This document shows, piece after piece, positions 12,147 to 25,481 of a stretch of 64,000 nucleotides of DNA; position 1 is the first letter of the stretch; the number at the start of each line of letters is the position of its first letter. The stretch lies in the NCBI GenBank assembly GCA_951406725.2, contig OX597827.1, positions 45,880,001 to 45,944,000 of the forward strand, read 5' to 3'. The DNA comes from Octopus vulgaris. Lineage: Eukaryota. A program made the position numbers and the translations under genes. Under the pieces are notes generated by a model. It worked only from the letters and a program-made list of their open reading frames with translations. It had not been told where the DNA came from and ran no database searches.

Positions 12147-12229
12147 TATAATCCTGGATAGACTTAGAGATTGTTAAAGATAAGGCTTAGCCTTATCTTT
12201 AACAATCTTTAAGTCCATCCTGGATTATA
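12147..12229. repeat. 83-bp near-perfect palindrome
   Basis: Arms of 41 bp with 3 mismatches, centred on 12188. Confidence 0.95.
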
Positions 12230-12364
12230 ATCGGAGAGAGAACATTTTGGTTTTACATCAAGAGAATATGATTAATTGTCCCGCCCCATCTCCCCACCAC
12301 CCACATGAACATCACTGATTTCATAATGTTAACTGGCAGGGATGATTAACTATATATCCTATTG

Positions 12365-12412
<48 letters not shown>

Positions 12413-12424
12413 TACATAATGGGT

Positions 12425-13062
12425 AAAGGTTCCCTTTGGTCAAGAATTACCATGGGATTGCACCTAGAAAGTTCCCCTCCAAGGCACAAATCCGTGCAAG
12501 GTTGTTTTGTGGAAGACCAGCAGTTGCCCATGTATACCAGCTTCCCTTCTCCATGCCACCAATATTATCCAGGGGTAAGGCAAAGGCCGATATAGCTTAG
12601 CACTAGTGATATTGCAACCCGTTTCTACAGGAAAGTGAACTGGAGTAATGCAAAATAATTATTTCTACTCCAGCCACAAGGCCTTGAAAATTGTTTTGGG
12701 GGAAGGGGGCTAGTCAATTACATCAAATCCAATGTGTAACTGGTACCTATTTCATCAACCCTCAACTGATGAAAGGCAAAGTTGACCTCAGTGGAATTTG
12801 AACACAGAATGGAGCAGCAGACGAAATACCTGTTTCTTTACTACCCACAAGGGGCTAAACACAGAAGGGACAAACAAGGACAGACAAATGGATTAAGTCG
12901 ATTATATCGACCCCAGTGCGTAACTGGTACTTATTTAATCAACCCCAAAAGGAGGAAAGGCAAAGTTGACCTCGGTGGAATTTGAACTCAGAACGTAGTG
13001 GCAGAGGAAATACCGCAAAGGATTTTTCCCGGCCTGATAACGATTCTGCCAGCTTGCCATCT
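12425..13062 (-). mobile_element. Cluster of one family-D fragment and two family-A SINEs
   Basis: Matches to 10100-10330 and to the reverse complement of 7061-7296. Confidence 0.8.
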
Positions 13063-13897
13063 TCAAACACCAAATTAATAATGAGAAAGTTATTTTAGTA
13101 AACTCTTCATTATTTTGAAAAGTAATCGAAACAAAGGTATGGTACTGTATTTCAAGAGAAATATTGAAACAAAACACTTAACCCATTAACATTTAAACTA
13201 CTACTACTAATCATCATCATTTGTTTACATCCCTGCAACTTAGCAGTTGGGCAAAAGTGACCGATAGAATAAGTTGTAGGCTTAAAAGAAATCTAAACTA
13301 AAATCTCTCCTAGGCGGTGCCCCAGCATGGCCGCAGTCTAATGACTAAAACAGGTAAAAGACAATAAAAGAAACACCTTCTGCATGAAGAACCTATAGTT
13401 AAACGCAAGCAAATGAACCTAACGTATAGAATCAAAGCAGAAAATAAAATTTACACAAAAATTAAAATTTGCATACTGTTTAAAAAAAAAAACAGGGAAA
13501 GAAATTTCAAAGAATTAATAGCAGTTCTTTTCAAGAAAAGTAAAACAGGAATATGTTAGTTTATCAATCGGTATGCATGTCTCTTAGTTTGACTGTAAGC
13601 CAATAAATCTATCGGTAGATCTCTCGTTCTGTTAGTTTCTCTGTCAGTCTGTCTATTGCTATGTCATGTTAGCTATTTGCTTGCTTAACACTTTGTCAAT
13701 GTATCTTGTCAATCCATCTATTGGTTTCTCAAACTAGCAATTAATCTATCCAACTGATGAGAGTCTTTCTATTAGCCTATCGTGTCGTCTATCCATCGGT
13801 TTGCCTGTTATCTACCTGCCAATTAATCTATCAATTGCCCACTAATTAAGTAATCAATTATCAGCTGGTCTATCTATCTATCTATTTCTCTAGCTAA

Positions 13898-13929
<32 letters not shown>

Positions 13930-14023
13930 TTCTCTAGCTAACTATCTATCTATCTATCTCTATCTATCTATTTCTCTATCTTTTTTTCTCTCTCTCTCTC
14001 TCTTCCTGTTTCTCTATCTATCT

Positions 14024-15751
14024 TGGGATGCAGGGCGAGCGTGTCTGTATATGCGGTCGACGTCACTGTCATAGTGTCTAGCTAGGAGCACATCGAGCTG
14101 GTCAGCAAGACACTGAAAGACGACGAAGCGGTATCAGGAGAGAAAATCTACTGGGAAAAGTTAGTGGGCTTGCGGCTTGGTACCTGGAAAAGCAAGCCTA
14201 TGCCGTCCACCAGTGCCTCCATCGTGGGACGCTGGACCGATGGTCCAGTCGAGTTGCTCAGGATCTGGTTTGGTCTGGACCTCCAAACGCAGAAGAACTG
14301 GAACAAGTATGAGTAGAGTGATCACTCTCACTCGGCAATGGGCTGAGAGGAAGCTATCTCTAAAAGGTCGGGCGGAGGTGGCTAACACATACATTGCGTC
14401 CGTCATCTACTACCACCTGACCATTGTGCCCTGTCCCAACCCTACCATCACCAAACTAGAATGCATTCTCTTCCACTTTTTGTGGAAAGGATGTGTTCCA
14501 ATGGTCAGGTGATCCGTTTGCTGCCAACACCCATTAAAAGGAGGGCTGGGCATGCCATGGTTGATGATGCACAGACACGCATTGAGACTGCGACATCTCC
14601 GGCTCTACGCAGAAGGTGAACAGATGTGGTTGCTGTTTGTGAGGTGCACTTTCCCACAGCTTGTCTCCATGACTGAACTGCAGTCATGGATCAAAAAGAG
14701 GCCAAGGAAGGGCGAATTGCACCACGAGTGTTGCATTACTCTCAAGCAACTATGCCGTCCCAGGCTGACCTTGAGTGACTTCAACATAACCAAATCATTT
14801 TATAGGGGATTAGTGGAGGGGAGGTACATTGACGATCTCGGGGAGAACCTGGGCCTTGACGAGGAATACCTGACCTGCCTGTTCGAGACAACTTTCGGGC
14901 CGGGACCTATGGACAACTTCCAGAGATCCCTGGCCTGGTAGTGCTATCGAGAAGTGCTACTTGTTCAGGATAAGCTCTACAGGTATGGCTAAAGAAATAC
15001 GGGGCTGACCTGCCCGAGATGCAGTCAGAGCAATGAAACCATTCTGCATGCACTCGTACAGTGTTCAACCATTTCTGACCTGTGGACCTATGTCAAACGA
15101 CTGCTATCATGTGTGGAATGAGTCAGTATCAAGTGAGTCTATTGTGAATATTGTCGCACCTCCTTCCTTGAAACGGGAAGGAAGAGCCATTTTCATTGTA
15201 CTTGTTGCTATGGCAAAAGAATGTGTATGGTGGACGCGTCTGAAAGGTCTAGAGACAAACACTTTCCTCTCTGGTGAATCTCTTATCAACTTCTTCAAGT
15301 ATCGCTTGGAGAGGAAGGTGAGAGTAGAGAGAGTAGTTTTGTCTAGTGAATGTTTCAAAAAAAGATGGGTGAATGTAGCAAGGATGGCACGTATGATTGA
15401 CGAAGCCACCTTGAGCTTAATCCTATGAACCAAAAAACAAAAAAGGAAAAAAGGGAGTCTCTGTAATGCGTTTTTTTTTTTTTGCATGACATTATCGCCC
15501 GAGGTTACTGTGGTCTTTTCTGTAGACTTTTCTTTCCACAGATAAACCTAATCTGTTTCCCCTTTTTACACTATGACATTTGTGATACACGATCCCTATT
15601 GATCAACCTTTATTTTTAAATTTGTTTTTACGATCCCTTTTGATCGAATTTCTACCTCCACCCTGTTTTTCATTCTTCTCTTCCCAAAAAAGAAAAGCTC
15701 TACTTTGTATTTTGTCCCCTCTGTGTTCAACCCTGTGTGACCAATGAAACA
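14024..15751 (+). mobile_element. 5'-truncated Tx1/L1-clade LINE with a degenerate RT C-terminus and CCHC zinc finger
   Basis: VSVYAVDVTVIV (decayed YADD), LSLKGRAEVAN, FLWKG, KGGLGMP, CPRCSQSNETILHALVQC; several stops and frameshifts; T-rich 3' UTR; embedded in (TCTA)n/(TC)n repeats. Confidence 0.9.
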
Positions 15752-16411
15752 TCTCTCTATCTCCCTCTATCTATCTATTTCTCTATCAATCTGTCTAACA
15801 ATAGATTATTGGTTGTCTTTTTGTCTCTCTGAAAATCTATCTGTCCACCTATTGATCTATTAATTTATGTCCCTATCAGTTTCATTCTCTCTATCACTCT
15901 TTCTATCCATCAATTTGTGTGTGTGTGTGTGTGTGTGTGTGCATGCATGCGTATGTTCATCTATCTGTTTGTCCACCTGCCTGACCATATATCCAAGTTG
16001 CCTGCTTGTCTGTGTGTTTGTCTATCCGTCCGTCTATTTGCCTATCTATCAATCAACATATCAAATCAATCATTTGTTTCCATCTATCTACCAGTTTGTC
16101 AGTCACAAACAATCAAGATATCACTGTCACTCTGTCTTGACAACAGCCAGCCAGTATCCTTATCAACAGACTGTAAAATCCATCTGCTCAACCACAGACT
16201 CACGCAACCATCCATCCATTTACTCATCCACATCTTTGCGCATCAGTCAGCTGTCCGTCCGTCTGTCCATCCATCCATCCTTCCATCCACAAGCCAAACC
16301 ACTCAGTTACCAACCAACCAGTTTTTTTTGTTTTTAAAATTTCTTTTTTTTCCTATTTTTCATCTGACAACACGGCCAAGATGTGACCGCAAACAACGCA
16401 AAGAGATTTAC

Positions 16412-16507
16412 CTTTCCGTGTTGACGAGATACAAGGACGTAGTAAGTCAGGAGGTTCCATGAGAGGAACACGGTGATGACCACGCCCACCACGTGCTTAT
16501 GGCGCAT
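16412..16507 (-). CDS. MGAT1: First coding exon: cytoplasmic tail plus transmembrane signal-anchor of an MGAT1/GnT-I-like type II membrane protein
   Basis: Exon 16550-16412 has acceptor 'ttcttcacctttcgttgcag|' and donor 'AAG|gtaaat'; ATG at 16507 gives MRHKHVVGVVITVFLSWNLLTYYVLVSRQHGK. F-x-x-W-N in the TM helix matches MGAT1 N-termini (human FVAWNALL). The catalytic domain is not seen, so the identity is provisional. Confidence 0.75.
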
Positions 16508-16885
16508 CCTCTTGTTACCTATCTCTGCAGCATTCTCCTCAAAGACTTTTCTGCAACGAAAGGTGAAGAAAGAGAGAGAGAGAGAGAGATATAAAAAATT
16601 GGTTGAAACTGGTGGGAAATGAGAAAAAGGTTAAAAAAAAAAAAAAAAAAAATTGAGAGGTTAATACGAAGAAGAGAAACACTGATATAAAATGAGAGAA
16701 ATGGAAGTTGCACTGCATGTAAGTGCAAATATGTATACACACACACACACTTTTGTGTACACATGTGTGTGTGTGTGTGTATAAACATATTTCTATATAT
16801 GTATAATTATGTTTGTAAATATATATTACATATATCACATGCACACACATAAATATACGTGTATCTGTTTGTGTATGAGTGTATG

Positions 16886-16925
<40 letters not shown>

Positions 16926-18161
16926 TATAAACATGTCTACAAACATGTATGAGTATCTATACACATAAGCATATGTAGAGATCCATTTATATACATATAT
17001 GCACACACACACATCTACATTATGATTCAATGTAAGTGCAAGATATCAAGAAAGAAAATAGAAAAAAAAAACAAAAAGAAAGACCAGCATGACTGTTCAT
17101 CTCCCTGACCTATCTGCAGAAAGGAGACAAGACAAAAGAGAACAAAAGAAAAACTATAAGTTTACATCTGATATCTGAAAATGAAAACCAATCCTAGTTT
17201 AATCACAAATTGTCTCTTTAACACACACACACACAAGCACATACACGCACATACAAGTACATACATGCACACACTGGATTGAAGGAGAGAAAAAGTACTC
17301 AATACATTTCGATTTGACTTTTTGTCACTTGAAGAATTGCACACAACAGGAAATTGTATGGTGATGGAGTGAATCATAACAAATACGCACAATCCAAAAT
17401 AAGAAGACAAAGAAAGGCCTTAACACATCTTTAATGTCGGAGCGCACCTTTGATGCAGGTCTGAGGAAGTGCCACTCTAATGTTTAAAACCACAAATATT
17501 ACATAAATTTTCACTGGGGATTTTTGCATGAACTGGTGTTGAAAGCAGAGTTGGTACAGAAACAATCGTAACAGATCTTTAAAGATGTGTTAAAGTCTTT
17601 CTTCCTCTTTTTATTTGGATTATATTTACTTCTTGCTAAACCCACACAATGGTTTTTATGGTAGTGAAACCAGGAGTTTCTTTCTACCTGAATAACCTTG
17701 ATATTAGTCTGGATTTTTGACATTAGGCAATGTAGATAGACTAAAACTTGGGCTAAACACCACATTGGTAATACTCTGTCTATCTACCCTCCCAGGACCT
17801 TAAGACCTTATATTTTTGCTCTATATCAAATATACACTTTGTATTTTTGAACAAATATATATATATATATAGAAGCATTCCTTAGCAATAAACGATACTG
17901 CTATTTTAACCCTAGGATATCCCTCTGGGCTAAAATAGTAGGGAGTTCTCTCCTCATCTGCAGTATAAATTGAGTGCAGAGTACACTGAATAACTAGCAG
18001 GAGGAGGTGTCTCCCCGGGGCTGAATTAGCAGTATGGTTGCTTCCTAGGGAACACCTGTGTTTAGGTGGGATTAAACGCTATGGCTCAGTATAAATACTG
18101 CTTTGATCCCTTCAATAGATTTTCCTAACTAGTTAGTTTGCTTGTTATATATGTATGCTGT

Positions 18162-18461
18162 TTGTTCCTTCTCGAGTCACGCCTGGCTCATAAGGGCCGG
18201 TTTTCCGGTTTCCTTGGCATATAGGTTCCCCACCAGGATGAGACGCCGGTCCATCGCAGGTGAGCTGCAAGATGCAGGAGGAAAGAGAGGAAAGAAAGTT
18301 GTGGTGAAAGAGTCAGCAGAAGTTCGCCATTACCTTCTGCCGGAGCAGTGTGGAGCTTAGGTGTTTCACTCATAAACGCACACATCGCCCGGTCTGAGAT
18401 TTGAACCTGCAATCCCTCGACCACGAGTCCACTACTCTAACCACTAGGCCATGTGCCTCCA
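18162..18461 (-). mobile_element. tRNA-derived SINE, family E
   Basis: Reverse complement starts 'ggaggcacatggcctagtggttagagtagtggactcgtggtcgagggattgcaggttcaaatctc' (A box TGGCCTAGTGG, B box GGTTCAAATC). Confidence 0.85.
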
Positions 18462-18672
18462 CTTTATATATATATATATACATTTTCTTTTATCTTTTGG
18501 TTGTGTTAGTCATAAGACTATGACCATGCTGAGGCTGCTGCCATGCTGGGGTACTGCTTTGAAGAACTTTTTAGTCAAATGAATCGACTTCAGGACTTCA
18601 GTTGGCAAGTGGTAGTAGGTGACAAACACAGACATAAAGATGCATGCACACGCATGCACACACACATGCATG

Positions 18673-18703
<31 letters not shown>

Positions 18704-19956
18704 ACATGATGTGCTTCTTTCAGTTTCCTTCTCCAAAATCCACCCACAAGGCTTTGGCTGGCCTGGGACTATAATAGAAAGCACTTGCCATTCAGTGTGA
18801 TTGAACCTAAAACCATGCGGTTGGGAAGCAAGCTTTTTATCACACAGTCATATTTTGTTTGAAAATATAAAATGTAAATTCAATGTGTGTGTTTGAGAGA
18901 GAGCATATCAAGACATTTACCTCCCATAGGACAATACCCCCTCGATGACAACTACCCCCTAGGACAATTAGCCCTTCTCCACTATATTAAGAAGTTTTGT
19001 ATCGTCATTTGTTGTCCTCAGGAGTAATTGTCTTTGGGGGTTATTGTGAGAGAGAGAGAAATAGAGAGAGGTAGGCAAACTGAATAAAGAAGTGATAGTT
19101 ATGACAAGCGTACAGTCATATATTATACACACATGAACATGAAGTTATGAAGAAGCCGGGAAAAATTTATAACTGCATACAAAAATATATTTTGTCATGT
19201 GAGTTTGTTTGTAAGGATATGAATTTGCGTAAGTGGGTATGTGAATGTGTGTATATATGTATGTATAGTGTCTGTTACATGAATAGCAAAAACCCAAGGA
19301 AACATGTTAGTGCATGAGCTAAAATAATACAGACATTCCTGAGAAGCATCACGAAAGTGTAAGGGTTTTAAGAAGGCAGAGGTTAAGAAGGACAGAAGAC
19401 GGGTGTTAGGCTGAAAAATGGCAGAGGACAACTGGTAGGGTTTAAGAAGGATGTAAGGCAAGTGTTAGGAGTTACTAAAAGGTAGGTATTGAGATTCATT
19501 CTTAGGGGCTACATAGGACGGAATACCAGTTAGGTAGAGACAGACAGACACCCAACGGATTCAGAGTAGCAGAGAGTGAAGTGTAAAAATAGGTTCTGGG
19601 ACAAGCATGGGAGAGTGATTAAGACGTTCGCTTCCCAATCACATGTGAATATGTGTATGCGTGTCTATGGAGTACTCAGCCACTTGCACATTAAATTCTC
19701 AAGCAGGCTGTTGTGTGTGTATGTGTGTGTAGGAAAAGGTCAGTGAATGTAATTTAAATGTAATATTGGTTTCAAATTTTGGCACAAGGCCAGCAATTTC
19801 GGGAGAGGGTTTAAGTTGATTAAATCGACCCAACTGTTCAACTGGTACTTCTTTTACCAGCCCCAAAAGAATAAAAGGCAAAACCAACTCCAGCAGCATT
19901 ATGCCCCTAAGTAATGTTTCCAGTGCGGTAATGATCCTACCAGATCATTGACATAT

Positions 19957-20184
19957 TAAACCATTTTGTTACCAACCAGGCTAAAACTGGCACTGGCTCT
20001 GAGTACAAATGTCATGTTTCCATAAGTTTTTAATTAAAATCTTCCACCAAACCTTAGTCACAATTTATGTTCCTTACGCTAACTGAATGATAACTAAGTT
20101 ATTTTACTAAATTCTTTGTTACATTTAAAGTAATTGAAATAAACACAGAACAACTGAAAATAAATACAGCAATGAAAGGGTTAA
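19957..20184. mobile_element. piggyBac-like MITE
   Basis: Ends 'ttaaaccattttgttacc' and 'gcaatgaaagggttaa': TTAA-flanked, degenerate CCCTTT-type TIRs. Confidence 0.55.
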
Positions 20185-20209
20185 ATCTAATATTAAAATA
20201 GATGCCTCT

Positions 20210-20430
20210 GAAGGTGGTGAGTTGGCTGAATTGCTAGCATACAAGTCAAAATGCTAAGTGGTATTTCGTCTGCCTTTACGTTCTGAGTTCAAATTCCACT
20301 AAGGTCGACTTTGTTTTTCATCATTTTGGGGTCGATAAATTAAGTACCAGTTGCATACTGGGATCAATCTAATCGCTGGTGCCCTCCCCCCCAAATTTCA
20401 GGCCTTATGCCAAGAGTGGAAAAGAATATT
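20210..20430 (+). mobile_element. Family-A SINE
   Basis: 'aaggtggtgagttggctgaattgctagc...ttctgagttcaaattcc...gtcgataaattaagtaccag'. Confidence 0.85.
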
Positions 20431-21564
20431 ATAATAGACTTCAAGTTAACCATGATTACAACAACGACAACCTCTGGAACTGGGTTGCAAGCCACGAGCT
20501 AAAATTTGGGCTGATAACTTAGGTCAAGCAGTAATGGGTCAAATATGTACTTGTAGCAGTGCAGTACTTGTAGTAGTGTAGTACTGTGTAGTACTCAAAT
20601 AGGTACAAGGAATTAAATTACTCTTTTCTGATAGTGTTATAGGTGCATTAAAAATAAAATAAAATAGAATGAAATAAAATGAAATGAAATAAAGAAATGA
20701 TGGTGAAATGGTGGTGGAGGGGTTTAAATCAGAGCAAGAAATAAAAGAAAGTTTGAGAAGCAGTTGATATAAAGGCTTCCTTATCAGTTCAGCCAGCAGA
20801 TTGTTGTTCCTGAAATTTATTTGTGATGTAGCTGTGTAGCCCAACCAGTTTAGGCCCCCGATTGAGGGACCGTATGGCATTAAGGTCAGCAGCCAAATCG
20901 ATAGTCATGTTCCCCAGATCTATTGCCCTTAAACAAGCTGCACTTCACCCAAACCGAGCCGACAGCTATATTGTACTGCACATTCTGGTACCATATGGGA
21001 TTAATCAAGTGGGGACGCAGTGGCACAGCCTCGACAGGCTATCAGCAAAATACCATGAATGTATTTATGCATGCAAATACACTCACACACATGCATAAAC
21101 ATGCAGAAAATATAAAATGGAAGAAAATAAAAAGTACACTTACTGCATCACTAAATTAACAGAGCCAGACTTTGCAAAGCCCATCTTTGTAGTTGTTGCT
21201 GTTACTATTATTATTATTATTATTATTATTACTACTAATACTATTAGAACTACTATTGCAATTACTAGTCTAATTATTAGTATTATCAGCTTGTAGCTAC
21301 ATGCTGGCAAAAACAAAACAAACGAAATGCACTTAATGCGAATGACAACATCAATTAATGTCTACGCATGCTATCAACGCTATCATTACATTATATGTAT
21401 GTGTGAGTGAGTGGGTATATATACATATATGTATATATAGTGTGTGTATGTGTGTTTGTGCTATGTGAGTATGTTTCTGTCTGTTTGTATATTATATTAC
21501 ATGTCTGTTGTGCAAGTGTGCGCTCTCATACAGATGTGTGTTTGTGTGGATGAGTGTATGTATG

Positions 21565-21620
<56 letters not shown>

Positions 21621-24023
21621 ATATATTTGTATTTATAAATTTATATATCTTGGTTATATGTGTGTGTGTATATGTGTGTTTCTGACCACAGATGTTTATT
21701 ATGGGATTTATTACAGCAAAGAGGCAGAGGGAGAGTATAGGAAGAATCATAGACAATCAGGCTTTGAAATATTTATCTATATCTATGTATATATATGCAT
21801 CTGTACACACACACATATGCGCGTGTGTGTGTGTGTGTGTGCGTGCGTGATTGTTTACATACAAACATGTGTCCCATGTGTTTTACTTCTTGTATAATTG
21901 TGTTTGTGTGCATGTGCATGCCTTTGGATGCATGTTATGGGTTGGAGTTCATATGTACATGAAAGAGCCAGTATAAGCTGTGCATGTCAAAATGCATGTG
22001 CATGTGTCCATGGGTTGATGGTGTGCATCCATGGTTGCACATTTGTGCATGTATATGCATGTGTGTGTGTGTATGTGGAACAAGGTGGTTATGCAACTGA
22101 GTTTCTGACCATCAATTAATATGTAACTGCTGTACATGTGTGCATATGCAAGCAAGTGCATGCAACCATTAGTGAATAAGTGGTGTGCATGCGCGTGTAC
22201 ATGTATGCTGACATACATGTGTGTGTATGCATGTGTATGTATGTGGTTGTGCAAGTGCGTAACAAGATGTGTGCACATGTATGTATGTGTGCTAGTGGTA
22301 CATTGGCGAACATGTTGGATGGGGTGTATGCATACATGAGTGCATGTGTTTGAGTGCGTGCACATGCATTTTTGTGTGTGCGACCATCAGTGAATATATA
22401 TATAAGGGTAATGAGTGTGCAAAATGCATAGTAATTCTTTATTAAAATTCTAGTGGGGGAAATGTGAAGTAGGGGGTAGAGAGAGAGACAGACAAATGAA
22501 TATGAATGAACTATCAAATGAAAAAGGGTGGTGTGTGTGTGTGGGAGGGAATACAGGATAACAGAGAATTGAAGGGGTGGATGCAGATTCTAAGATCTTT
22601 TCTTTTTTAAAAAGAAAGGCATGCAAGATCAGGGTACTTACTGGTTGACAGGACGAGGAGATGTAAGGGATGATGAGAAAGGAACTGAGGCAGAGAGGAA
22701 GAAACAATAATAGATGTGTTGTTGTTGCTGATGGTTAAGGTAACATGGAAGTAGTAGTGATGCAGTGATGGTAGTATTGTAGTGGAGATGGTGGGGGGAG
22801 AGGAACAATGGCTTTGTAGTGGTGGTAGTTGTGATGGCAGGTGGGGGGATATAACAACAATGTTGGTGGTAACTATTTTTGTAGATATGGTGATGGTGGT
22901 GGTGATAGTGGTAGTAGTAGTGGTGATGGTGATGGTAATGGTGGTAGTAATGGTGATGATGGTGGTGATGGTGATGGTAGGGGTGGTGAGGGTGGTGGCA
23001 ACAATGATAGTGCTGATGCATCTGCGGGCCTCCATATTTTCCTTACCAAGGACTCATCTCATTTAATGTACCATCGTCATTATCACAAACACACCCAACC
23101 CCACCTCGCTTACCCACCTAACCCAAATGCATATGCCCACATGTGCACACACACACACACATCACTTTCTAGATTAGATGACAGGTCAATATCGCAATAA
23201 GGCACATCATTTTTGTTCTTATCAAACAATCAGTTGCGATGACATCATCAGAATGTCAAAGAGAGAAGACACTATCCCATACCCATCCTCCCACCCTGCC
23301 CTGCCCTGTTCCACTTTATCCCATTCCCCACCCCGCCGTTCTTTCTCCTCCTGCCACTGCCACCACCACCACCACCACCAACAACAACAACAACGTTTAT
23401 GCTCCTTGTCTTCCCCCACCGCCCGTTCCCAGTCACCCTCACCAACCAACCAACCAGCCAGCCCATTCCAGCACCAGAGCAACCGAGTTCCGACAGACAT
23501 CAAAAGCTTGCTTTTTAACGCAACAGCAATGATGTCAAAGGCATGGCAACTGCACACAACACAACGATGACAACAACAACGATGACAACAACAACATCGA
23601 AGGCCAAGTCGTCATCATCATTGATGAGGATGACGAAGACAAGAGGACAAACACAAAGCAAAAGAGACCTCTGGGAGCCTCTTATTTGTTGTTGTTGTTG
23701 TTGCTGTTGATTCTGGTATTAGGGCAGGTGTTGTTGTTGTTCTTCTTCTTGTTGATAACATTGCCTTTTCCATGTCATGTCTATTTTGCATTGAGGAAGG
23801 AGGGAGAAGGAGCTACGGTTCTTCCTGATCAGCCAAAACACTGCTTACTATGGATGCCTGAGCTGCTAGAAATAGCAACTCAGGCATCCATAGTTGCTTA
23901 AAGAAAGGAACTATGCTGTCTTAAATAAAGGAAAGACATTCTGGACAACGTTGGGACATATGTTTATACACATGTATATACACACACTGATCAAATAACA
24001 GAACAGACAATGGTGGCCATCAC

Positions 24024-24330
24024 CATCTTCTTCTTCTTACAACATTCACCCGGGGTGGGTTGAGCTGGCTTCATTCATCCTCAATGCTGCATCTCTCACA
24101 AACGCCGACCAGGCCTGGCGATTTGAGGCTAACGACTGCGGGATCTTCAACCAATCCTTATTCCAGCGGCGAACGCTGTAGATATAGGGGCCTAGGTTGG
24201 GTTCCAGATCAGCCTTGACTGTCATCAGCCAGGTATTTTCATTGTCCACCACGTCGCTTTCGCCAACCCTGAAGGGGAGCTGGGGCAATTGCTTCGTAGA
24301 TGAATTCTCCTAGTTGACGATGGAGGGCCA
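24024..24330 (-). mobile_element. RTE-type LINE 3' end (second family) with (GAA)n tail
   Basis: TWLMTVKADLE...LASNRQAWSAFVRD...stop, then 'aagaagaagaaga' on the minus strand. Confidence 0.75.
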
Positions 24331-24461
24331 TCACCATGCATGCATTCATACATACATTCATACATACACACACAAACACACACACACAGTGTACTGTTCC
24401 ATTACTGATAGGCTCCACAAAAGAGTAATCCATCCACTGAGAGACAAATTATCATTTACTA

Positions 24462-24678
24462 TATGAGGGCATGCTGAAAAGTTCCTGGCTTTGGATTAAA
24501 AAAAAATATAGGAGGGTCAGTTAATTATAATTTCATTCAACATATTCCCTTCTCAGATTCACAGACTTATTGCAGCCCCTTTCAGTTTTTCTAAGCCATG
24601 TAAAAGAACTTGGAAGGTAGGGCCTCCAACCGAGCCTTTCGCAATACCCTTAAAGCCAGGAACTTTTCAGCACCCCAT
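24462..24678. mobile_element. Tc1/mariner-like MITE
   Basis: TIRs 'tgctgaaaagttcctggcttt' (24472) and 'aaagccaggaacttttcagca' (24652), near TA dinucleotides. Confidence 0.8.
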
Positions 24679-25481
24679 TAATTATATATATATATAATAC
24701 ACTTTTTTTTATCCAAGGGGAGCAACAACCACAGGAACACCACAAAATTCAAAGATAGACCAAACACATGCAAATCTTATATACTAGTTTATATCTATAC
24801 AGTCCGACATATTAGAAATTTAAAAATTCAGTAATATATAAGTATCATACACAAATAAAAATATAAATACAAATATAAATATAAAAACATAAATTGTACA
24901 TCTTGAGTGTTGTTGCCACTCAAGATATAACTTTATATTTTGTATATATAAAATATACATATAGGCACAGGAGTGGTTGTGTGGTAAGTAGCTTCCTTAC
25001 CAGCCACATCGTTCTGGGTTCAGTCCCACTGCATGGCACCTTGTCTTCTACTATAATAGAAAAAATGATTAAAGGTAAAGTCAACCTTAGCAGAATTTGA
25101 ACTCAGAATCTAACGACAGGTGAAATACCACTAAGCACTTCATCCAGCTCACTAATGATTCTGCTAAATATTCTTTACAAATAATAATAATGGTTTCAAA
25201 TTTTGCCACAAGGGCAAAATTATTACCAAGACAGAGAGCTACCTTGGTAATAATGGTTTCAAATTTTTGCCACAAGAGCAGCAATTTTGAGAGAGGGGAT
25301 TGAGTTGATTACATCAACCGCAGTGCATAACTGGTACTAATTTTATCGACCCCGAAAGGATGAAAGGCAAAGTTGACTTTGGTGGAATTTCAAATCAGAA
25401 AGGAGCAGTGGATGAAATTCCACTAAGCATTTCATCCAGGGTGCTAACGATTCTGCCAGCTCACTGCCTTGATAATAATAA

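Noticed and set aside
13750-13800. CTGATGA as a hammerhead core (also 12766, 30710, 37746, 40306)
   Set aside because: No stem II followed by GAAA and no stem I/III pairing.
17511-17765. 84-aa Cys-containing minus-strand ORF
   Set aside because: No recognisable domain and no convincing splice-site pair.
18390-18461. tRNA gene (also 61807-61880 and family A/B heads)
   Set aside because: A/B boxes are present but the acceptor stem is incomplete and each continues into a repeat body: SINE heads.
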